Positions 57,243-64,000 of a stretch of DNA of 64,000 bases are shown one piece after another; the first letter of the stretch is position 1; the number at the start of each line of letters is the position of its first letter. The position numbers and the translations under genes were made by a program. The notes beneath the pieces are model-generated. The model was not told the DNA's origin and did not search any database. It saw nothing but the letters and a program-made list of their open reading frames with translations. The stretch is from an uncultured virus (IMG/VR IMGVR_UViG_3300045789_000880) (taxonomy: Duplodnaviria; Heunggongvirae; Uroviricota; Caudoviricetes), in IMG/VR virus record IMGVR_UViG_3300045789_000880, one strand, 5' to 3'.

Positions 57243-59983
57243 TTTGTTCGTGCAGTTTGAAGCTGTTTTATAATGGTTTCGATATTTGGTTTGATGTGCG
57301 ATTTGGTTTGTTTCCAGAGATCTTCAAAGGTTTCTACCATATTTTCTAAATGTGGTTGTTCGCTCTTATTTGGTGCTACTCCAGAAGGTTTCGATTTACG
57401 ACCACCAATGAGAATGAGCATCGTTTTTGTAACAGCACCTTGCTTGTTGTAGAGCTTGTAACTGTTCATATTGATAACATCGTCCACTTTGTAATGACGA
57501 TACAACCAATTAAAAAACGGACGGTATTTTGCAAAGAGACCATCGTCTCCAAAATAGACGTGACCCATTATGATGATTGCTGCCTTGCCATCATCTTTCA
57601 TCGTGTAAAGCGCCAATCCAGCCATCAAGTGCTCCAAGCGAATATGGTTTGCCAATCCACGATGCTTATTAAAATATTTCTGAATGATGCGCTCTTTATC
57701 AAACTTAGAATCCTCCCAACTCGCAAAAGGCGGATTGGTCACAACCACATCGTGAACTTTGTGCATCATTTCTGGAAAAGGTTGTGCTGCGTTATCTGAT
57801 GTAATACGACCAAAACCTTGATGCTCTAAAGATTGCTTTCGGCTTTTGTCAATCTCGTTGACGTGTGTGATTCTTGGATTTGCTCCTACGAGTAGCAAAC
57901 CATTTCCAGCACTCGGTTCAAAAATGAACTCGGCTTTATCCATTTTGGTGTATTGAGCGATGATCGCTCCGATGGGACAAGGCGTGGAATACTGTTTGTA
58001 GAGTTCTTTACTACTATCAGAATACGCATAAGTAGGTTGTACTTTATTCCAAAACAATACCATCTTTTTGAGTCGTGCTTCAAAAGGGATAGGTTCTCTA
58101 TAGAGCATTTTATACCACAATAACCAGCTCAATTCCACTGCTTCCCAAAGTGCGCCCATTGTAGGTGCATTGGTTTCTGCTCTAAGCTTTTCAATCTTCT
58201 TTTTTGATAGGCGTTCCGCTTTCGCGAAAGAGGTATGCATAATAGCGATGACCTTATCTAAATAGTCGTTGGGTTCTTGATGTTTTTCTTTTTTAGGTTT
58301 GGGTTCTGGACGTGATTCTTCAATCTCTAAATCCTTGTTCATATAATCCTGAATGACCAGTTTGGATCTTTCCAATCGGCTGATTTCCCATTCAATATCA
58401 TTGAAAGCTTCTTTGGATTGCTTATCGGTTTTTGGTTTTTTAGTTTTTGGGTTGACTAATTCTAATTTCTTTTCAACCAATTCCATTAATAAGGAATCCA
58501 TAATCACAATTCCCTTTGCCAAATCTGCAATGGGTCTGGAATGTTCCACCGCAGACCACCATTGATGCCTGTCGTCGTAAGCACCTATTTGAGAAGCCAA
58601 AGTTGAGACGCTTTTGTAGCCAGTGTGAACGTTCACATAGGGATAATCTAAATCTGTCGGATAGCCAATTTCCTCAAACGCCTCACGACCGCGACTTTCC
58701 CACTCACGAAGTACGGTTGAACGATTTACATTAATTCCATAATCATTAGGATGAGCCATTTGTGAGAGGCGGAATAAATCTAATCCAGAAGCTTCCTCAA
58801 TAGTCTCATCTGTGATGTTGTAGAGTCGCTTAAACTTCATTCTCATAAAGTTGGCGTCACTCAAATTAAGTCCGCCAGACTGAAATGGTTCGCCAGCTTT
58901 GGTTGGGACTAAAACATTAGGAACGATATGATCGCGATTAAAAATATCTTTTGAAACGGATAAAGTTTCAGCAACCTCTTCTTTGAGATGGAATAGAGGT
59001 AAGTCGAGCGATTGATTCAAGCGATTGATTTCCATTAACGCCATTGTTCGCGATGAGAAAGTCAAATCAAAAATCCAATCCTTAAAGTTTTGTAGGGCTT
59101 TTAAAAGTTCGTTTTTAAAACGTAGGTTACTGGATTGTTCCTGCGCATCCTCTAAATCTAAAATGGTAGTGGATATAATAGTTTCATCTTCGCCTTGAAG
59201 AGTCTCTTCTAAAGTCACAAGTTTGCTAATCACTTCTCTTAAAATCTCACGAGTAGAAATCTTCCGTTCTTTATCAGTTTTGTAACCAGACTCATTTTCT
59301 GTAGCAACTTCCTCAAGAGGTTCTTCGATTTTAGTTTTGCTATCTTCTATAGGGAGTTCGTTTTCTATTTTAACTTGCTCTTCTCTATTTGTTGTCTCAA
59401 CAGTTGTTTCGTCTTGAGTTTTGCTATCCTCTATAGGAAGGTCGTTTTCTACTTCCTTAGCAAGTTCGTTGTCTATTTCCGTTTTCTCATCGACTTTAAA
59501 ACGATTTATGATTTGCCCTTTGTCATATATAATGCGGGCTTTGCGCTTATAGTTTCTGGGAGACACTTCGACGTTTTGCAAATCGTCTCCATATTTGGTA
59601 ATGGCATATCGAGTGGCAATTTGCATAGCGACCTTCTTATAGGGATCGAATAACACATACTCGTCCTTCTCGGCTTTTTCTTTGCCTCGATAGGAAATCG
59701 TTACAAAACTGAATTTGCTTTTATCAATGTTTTCTAAGGAAGGTTGAAACGATGGATACATCGAAACCGTTTTCCAATCGCCGCCACGAGAAAACGCATC
59801 TCTTAAGGAAGTAGCAAAACTTTTGTAGGCTGGATGCGCATCTGCATACCAGGTATTTTTCTTCTTTAAAACCTCGCGAAAGCCCAATTCTAATAGGAAG
59901 GTCGAAAACTCATTGGGTAGGTTTTCACTGAATAGCAATTCTATTGCGTTTTTCTCTTCGTTCTCTGTAATCGTTACCTGCAT
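57239..59983 (-). CDS. Large polyvalent protein with C-terminal N6-adenine DNA methyltransferase (DarB-like)
   Basis: QYSTPCPIG, FEPSAGNG, VNEID, VTNPPF. Confidence 0.85.
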   Translation of the reverse strand: MQVTITENEEKNAIELLFSENLPNEFSTFLLELGFREVLKKKNTWYADAHPAYKSFATSLRDAFSRGGDWKTVSMYPSFQPSLENIDKSKFSFVTISYRGKEKAEKDEYVLFDPYKKVAMQIATRYAITKYGDDLQNVEVSPRNYKRKARIIYDKGQIINRFKVDEKTEIDNELAKEVENDLPIEDSKTQDETTVETTNREEQVKIENELPIEDSKTKIEEPLEEVATENESGYKTDKERKISTREILREVISKLVTLEETLQGEDETIISTTILDLEDAQEQSSNLRFKNELLKALQNFKDWIFDLTFSSRTMALMEINRLNQSLDLPLFHLKEEVAETLSVSKDIFNRDHIVPNVLVPTKAGEPFQSGGLNLSDANFMRMKFKRLYNITDETIEEASGLDLFRLSQMAHPNDYGINVNRSTVLREWESRGREAFEEIGYPTDLDYPYVNVHTGYKSVSTLASQIGAYDDRHQWWSAVEHSRPIADLAKGIVIMDSLLMELVEKKLELVNPKTKKPKTDKQSKEAFNDIEWEISRLERSKLVIQDYMNKDLEIEESRPEPKPKKEKHQEPNDYLDKVIAIMHTSFAKAERLSKKKIEKLRAETNAPTMGALWEAVELSWLLWYKMLYREPIPFEARLKKMVLFWNKVQPTYAYSDSSKELYKQYSTPCPIGAIIAQYTKMDKAEFIFEPSAGNGLLLVGANPRITHVNEIDKSRKQSLEHQGFGRITSDNAAQPFPEMMHKVHDVVVTNPPFASWEDSKFDKERIIQKYFNKHRGLANHIRLEHLMAGLALYTMKDDGKAAIIIMGHVYFGDDGLFAKYRPFFNWLYRHYKVDDVINMNSYKLYNKQGAVTKTMLILIGGRKSKPSGVAPNKSEQPHLENMVETFEDLWKQTKSHIKPNIETIIKQLQTARTK

Positions 59984-60310
59984 CTTTATCGGGAATAGAA
60001 AAACTCATCGCTATAGGAAGCTCGTTTTCTCTTTGATTTAGGATAAATATAGATTTGAGAGGCGGGCGATTGACCTTACGGAAATGTACTTCGGTACGTT
60101 GGGATTATTTTGAAATTACGCTGAAATGGGTAATCCTAGGAAAGGCAAGGGTTCTGAATTTATGGGTGGGATAAATTAGTAAGATTATAGCGGTACTTGA
60201 TGGAATTCCTTATTAGAAATTGTTGATAAGGGTTGATAAGTCCTAGTGATAAGCTTTTGAGCAAAATTGAATTTTGGCTATTTTTAGAATGAATAATAAA
60301 CTAGATAGTT

Positions 60311-60442
60311 ATGGGCATTAAAACAGGACCTAAAAGAATCGCAAAATCTACTGGAAAACCAGATAGACGACAAAGAGACAATAAAAGCACACCAGGAAAC
60401 ACTCCTTCCTTAAAACCACATAAGCATAAGAAAGGAGATTAA
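60311..60442 (+). CDS. 43-aa basic peptide (not in ORF track)
   Basis: Hand translation MGIKTGPKRIAKSTGKPDRRQRDNKSTPGNTPSLKPHKHKKGD; lies in an intergenic gap, convergent with the glycosyltransferase. Confidence 0.5.
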   Translation: MGIKTGPKRIAKSTGKPDRRQRDNKSTPGNTPSLKPHKHKKGD

Positions 60443-60453
60443 TTCTGTAATCA

Positions 60454-61608
60454 TTAAATGAATGCTTCTTGAGAGTAACTAAGCTTCTTTTGAGTCCAGC
60501 TATCTTTAATCCAAACCGATTTGATTGCATTCTTCCCAATTCGGTTAATTAGTGTTTTATCCTTAATTTGGAGGTTAATTATATCCAACCACTCAGGAAC
60601 CTCACTCGCCACAAATCCATTCTCACCATCACTAATTAGTTTTGAAGTAGGATGGTAAATAGAAGCTACTATTGGAATACCGAAAACGGAAAGCTCCAAT
60701 AATAATTGGTTGTTTTGGTTTCTGGTAAACAGCCCTTCCTTGGCAGGTAGTAAAACGACATCCAGTTGCAGACTATTCAGTTTTTCAAAATAGTCCAAGA
60801 AGGAAACAGAATCGTGTATTTCACAATCTATTTCTTTGAGGATTAAATCTCCTTCCAGAGAAGAATGGGGCTTGCTGAGACATACAAATTGAATTTTCTC
60901 TCCAAAAGTTTTTCTCATTTTAAAAAGGACTTCCTTAAGAGATAGCAAATCTTCTTCATTTGGTTTTATTAAGCCTACTCGTAATTTCTCTGAAGTGTTT
61001 CTTGTAAGTGGTGGCATTTCTTCATAGCCATATCTCGAGACTAAACTTGGAAGGTATTGTACAAACGTATGTGCATTTTCCAAACGGTTATCAATGAATC
61101 GCTGCAAGAACTTTTGAAAAGCTTCATTTGCAACAGTCACGATATCCATTAGACCCAAATTTTTTTTTAGGCACTTTAGTTTGTCATTAGTTAGCTTTCG
61201 CGAAAGCGGAATAGAAACAGGTACCGCAAAATAATTCCTATCTAAATCCATTACCAATTGAACCGAAGGATTAAGCGTTTTGATGGCCTGCATCAAATAG
61301 CTAACATCACTAAACAGCGCAGGAAAAATGATGTAATCTGCCCAGGTAATTAAACGCTCATCCAGCTGATTTACAAAATCAGAAAGTTTCCTCGAGAAGT
61401 CATTAGTCTCGATACTAGTAATAATAGCCTTGTGCGTATCTGTTTTATTGATTTCTAATGCAGGTGTTATCATTCTGTAATAACCTGTCGCATTGAGTTT
61501 AGGACTCACATAAAGCAGATGAATTTTATCATCTGCCTCTATGTTATATCGCTGGTCAAAACTGTTTTTAGGATTGAGTCTGGCTTGTAATTCTTTGATT
61601 GTCCTCAT
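60454..61608 (-). CDS. GT-B/GT4-like glycosyltransferase
   Basis: TGYYRMITP, MDLD, DIVTVAN, LLELSVFGIPIVAS, ISDGENGFVA. Confidence 0.75.
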   Translation of the reverse strand: MRTIKELQARLNPKNSFDQRYNIEADDKIHLLYVSPKLNATGYYRMITPALEINKTDTHKAIITSIETNDFSRKLSDFVNQLDERLITWADYIIFPALFSDVSYLMQAIKTLNPSVQLVMDLDRNYFAVPVSIPLSRKLTNDKLKCLKKNLGLMDIVTVANEAFQKFLQRFIDNRLENAHTFVQYLPSLVSRYGYEEMPPLTRNTSEKLRVGLIKPNEEDLLSLKEVLFKMRKTFGEKIQFVCLSKPHSSLEGDLILKEIDCEIHDSVSFLDYFEKLNSLQLDVVLLPAKEGLFTRNQNNQLLLELSVFGIPIVASIYHPTSKLISDGENGFVASEVPEWLDIINLQIKDKTLINRIGKNAIKSVWIKDSWTQKKLSYSQEAFI

Positions 61609-61880
61609 TATGTAGTTTCAAGTGATTTCTCAATGCCTTCATAAAATTTTGCGATCCGCTGTCCGGTTGCTTTGTCATAAATCTCAATGGTACCAGCTAG
61701 CGGACCATATTGTTTTATCTTTTTTCTGAAACGTTCCATTCCAGTTTCTATGCTGCGTGTTCTTGACAATTTATGCTTCCAATCTATTGAATACATTGTT
61801 CTTACGTTACCGTCTTTAAACCAGACTATCATTTTTGTAAATGAATCTTGTCCTAGTTTCCATCCTTTGCTTTGTGCCAT
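61608..61880 (-). CDS. Hypothetical protein
   Basis: TAATG overlaps at both ends. Confidence 0.7.
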   Translation of the reverse strand: MAQSKGWKLGQDSFTKMIVWFKDGNVRTMYSIDWKHKLSRTRSIETGMERFRKKIKQYGPLAGTIEIYDKATGQRIAKFYEGIEKSLETT

Positions 61881-62365
61881 TATTTGAAATATTTAATTAG
61901 TGAATTAAGTGGGATTTGTTTTATAAACTCTTCATTTTGAAAAGCTCTAACCTGGACTTTATCGTCCTTGAGATGAATCCAAATACGGACGCTTTCTTCA
62001 TCAATACGATTGGCTTCTGCAAACTCTTTGAGGTATTGTTTGATGCTGAAGGCAACTTTATTTTGTACGTTATCCAATTGTGCCAATTGCTCTTCCATAA
62101 AGAAATAAGTGAGTTCTTGAGTAGGTATGGCGCTCACAGGTTTACTCTGATTGTATAGAAATGAGCGTATGATGTGATCTTTTTGAAAAATCCTTATGTA
62201 GAGTCGATCCTTTGGGATTTGAAGTCTGTTGGAAATGTAGTTGGTGCGGTTAGTGATATTCTTGGTTACCATCTTTTCGTAACCAAAAATATCAACCGTC
62301 AAATCGGTTAATGCACCTTTGAGTTTTTTACTCAAAGACGCATCATTTTTTTTAAATGGGTTCAT
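61880..62365 (-). CDS. Hypothetical protein with internal duplication
   Basis: LYIRIFQKD..RSFLYN..IPTQELTYFF resembles VRIWIHLKD..RAFQN..IPLNSLIKYF. Confidence 0.7.
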   Translation of the reverse strand: MNPFKKNDASLSKKLKGALTDLTVDIFGYEKMVTKNITNRTNYISNRLQIPKDRLYIRIFQKDHIIRSFLYNQSKPVSAIPTQELTYFFMEEQLAQLDNVQNKVAFSIKQYLKEFAEANRIDEESVRIWIHLKDDKVQVRAFQNEEFIKQIPLNSLIKYFK

Positions 62366-62368
62366 TTT

Positions 62369-63610
62369 TTAAGTATTAAGTTGTAAATATTTGTGTGTAG
62401 AATGATTCAAAACAGAAGCGTGAAAGGTGTTCAACAATTCTGGCTGACCTAATTTGCTGATTCTGGTTTCGCAAGATCTAAATAGCTCAAGACGAGGTTT
62501 TTGTTTTGCAGTTTCTTTTTTCTCATTGTTGAGAAAGCGACGAATTTGTGCTTGTAAAATCAGTTTTAACCGAACCTCGTATTCTCTTTTCTTCTGCTTT
62601 TGGTACCAGATTCTGGTTCCAGTAAAACCTGATGGATTTTTTGGGTCAAAGTATTTATCTGGCAGCTGGACATATCGTTTTGTTGGGTCTTTGGCAATGT
62701 ATTTTTGTACAATTCCTAAGCGACTTACGTAAACTTCGTGAACGTTTTGCAGTTGTTTGTCAGAGACAGGCTCGTACCAGAGTTGAAGCAGTTTTAGCGC
62801 CATTTCCTCTTGACTTTGAGTAAGATAATGGTCTTTGTAGATGGTATTTCGCGCCAGTTTCCAAAAGGACTTGACGTAAAATGATAGGGAAGCGGAACGA
62901 GCCTGATCGACGCCTGAAATTTCGGCGCCAGTTTGATCTGTGGCTCGTGATTTCCGCTCTATTTCCCCTGCATCATTGTTTTTTTTGGGGTCTATTTTTC
63001 CTGTGTATCCTGTAAAAGTGTTACTAGTTGCGTTGCGTGACTCATAACCGTTTGTGAGTGGTAACGAACTCGCTTTAGTCTTCAACTTATCAACGCCTAT
63101 TATTATATTATTTATGTAACCATTGTTACTAGTATCTGTATGAGGACAAGTTGTCGTTTTAGAATTTTTAAAAAACTGATTATCAGTAGATTTTGATTTT
63201 TCAGTTTGAAGCTCACTTTTAGGCTTATTAACGGCTTTTACACCACCTATTAACAAGATGTTTGGGTTGATAAAAAGCTCGTATCCAGAGTTGGAACCGT
63301 GCCATATTTTTTTAGTGATGATATTGGCTTCTATAAGGCGTTTGAGGTGGCGCTGGATGGTTCTTGTGCTTGCTTTGGCACGTTTTGCCAATTGCACGTT
63401 ATTCGTCTTTAATGGAGGTAAGTTCTGTAAATCTATCGCAGCTATACTGTTTGCCTTCAGTAAGGATATAGAATAAATCTTAATGATCTCTTGAGTGGTT
63501 AAGATCATTGCCTGTCTTATATGCGAAGAAAGGTCTTTAGTGCTTGCATTATGCTGGTTAACGTAACCTTCTAAAGCATTAAATGCGGTTGAGTATTGTA
63601 TGATGGCCAT
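62369..63610 (-). CDS. wHTH replication-initiator-like protein
   Basis: NVQLAKRAKASTRTIQRHLKRLIEANII HTH, low-complexity linker, helical C-domain. Confidence 0.55.
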   Translation of the reverse strand: MAIIQYSTAFNALEGYVNQHNASTKDLSSHIRQAMILTTQEIIKIYSISLLKANSIAAIDLQNLPPLKTNNVQLAKRAKASTRTIQRHLKRLIEANIITKKIWHGSNSGYELFINPNILLIGGVKAVNKPKSELQTEKSKSTDNQFFKNSKTTTCPHTDTSNNGYINNIIIGVDKLKTKASSLPLTNGYESRNATSNTFTGYTGKIDPKKNNDAGEIERKSRATDQTGAEISGVDQARSASLSFYVKSFWKLARNTIYKDHYLTQSQEEMALKLLQLWYEPVSDKQLQNVHEVYVSRLGIVQKYIAKDPTKRYVQLPDKYFDPKNPSGFTGTRIWYQKQKKREYEVRLKLILQAQIRRFLNNEKKETAKQKPRLELFRSCETRISKLGQPELLNTFHASVLNHSTHKYLQLNT

Positions 63611-63693
63611 TGTTGAGACAATAGCCAGTAATCAGCTTTTTTGCTGTCTGTACTGGTAATTTGAGTGAAGTGCCCGTTTGAGCATCTTAATTT

Positions 63694-63942
63694 TTAAGCC
63701 TCGTTGAATAGTATCTCTGTTCGTTTCTTAATAGAAGATCGCTTTTCTTCTTTTTCTTCAATAAGATCAAGACACAATTCATAAATAATTTCTACACTAC
63801 TGGGTCTGATAGATTGTAGTCTAAAAAACTTGGTAATCGTGGGACGTGATAATTGTGTTTTGCTCTTTATGACGTTCACGGGACTATCATAGAGCTTCTC
63901 CATCCTGAGAACCACCTTTTTAATATCTTCTGTTAGGTACAT
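63694..63942 (-). CDS. Small HTH-like regulator
   Basis: IKSKTQLSRPTITKFF. Confidence 0.55.
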   Translation of the reverse strand: MYLTEDIKKVVLRMEKLYDSPVNVIKSKTQLSRPTITKFFRLQSIRPSSVEIIYELCLDLIEEKEEKRSSIKKRTEILFNEA

Positions 63943-64000
63943 TAATTAAATGTTTAGTAAATTAATTGACAACATATCGTAAATAAAATACAAATAAAAC

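Larger units (their letters stand above)
719..63942 (-). mobile_element. Large integrated tailless-virus-like element (backbone on minus strand, with defence cargo insertions); boundaries uncertain
   Basis: Co-oriented, tightly packed rep, anti-restriction, packaging ATPase, structural and lysis genes; no housekeeping genes; integrase and att sites not seen in the window. Confidence 0.7.

Noticed and set aside
60348..60539. 63-aa minus-strand ORF
   Set aside because: Overlaps the glycosyltransferase out of frame and the plus-strand peptide; no motif
125..63476. Many short antisense or nested ORFs in the six-frame track
   Set aside because: They lie within longer motif-bearing genes and show no independent coding features
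1..64000. tRNA, rRNA, reverse transcriptase or transposase genes
   Set aside because: None recognised by eye; tRNAscan-SE, Infernal and HMM searches would be needed to exclude them

Overview
AT-rich bacterial DNA, probably Bacteroidota/Flavobacteriaceae (inferred from gene content, not proven). Almost the whole window (about 719 to at least 63942) reads as one large integrated element with a minus-strand backbone interrupted by cargo blocks. In transcription order the backbone encodes an HTH regulator, a wHTH replication-initiator-like protein, a glycosyltransferase, a DarB-like adenine methyltransferase plus strawberry-notch helicase with a DarA-C-like tail, a MoxR-like AAA+ and vWA-like pair, a DnaA-C-like HTH protein, an A32/FtsK-HerA-type packaging ATPase, and about 25 tightly packed small structural/lysis genes. 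The structural block includes a candidate capsid protein, a paralog of it carrying an inserted beta-propeller, Arg-rich membrane-anchored proteins sharing a D-x-F-x-G motif, a HEXXH protease, two annexin-like proteins and several peptidoglycan hydrolases. I recognise no terminase, portal, tail or T4SS genes, so the best reading is a tailless, probably membrane-containing provirus-like element. Cargo: (i) Fic + SIR2-like pair; (ii) Gabija-like OLD nuclease/UvrD plus a third nuclease gene; (iii) a 24-kb plus-strand island with a J-like/GrpE-like/Hsp70/kinase-AAA/TerB/nuclease operon and a type I R-M locus with YhcG, two DUF262 genes and SLATT. The 14-bp palindrome GCTTTCGCGAAAGC recurs throughout. 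All family assignments are by-eye motif recognition; no database searches were run.
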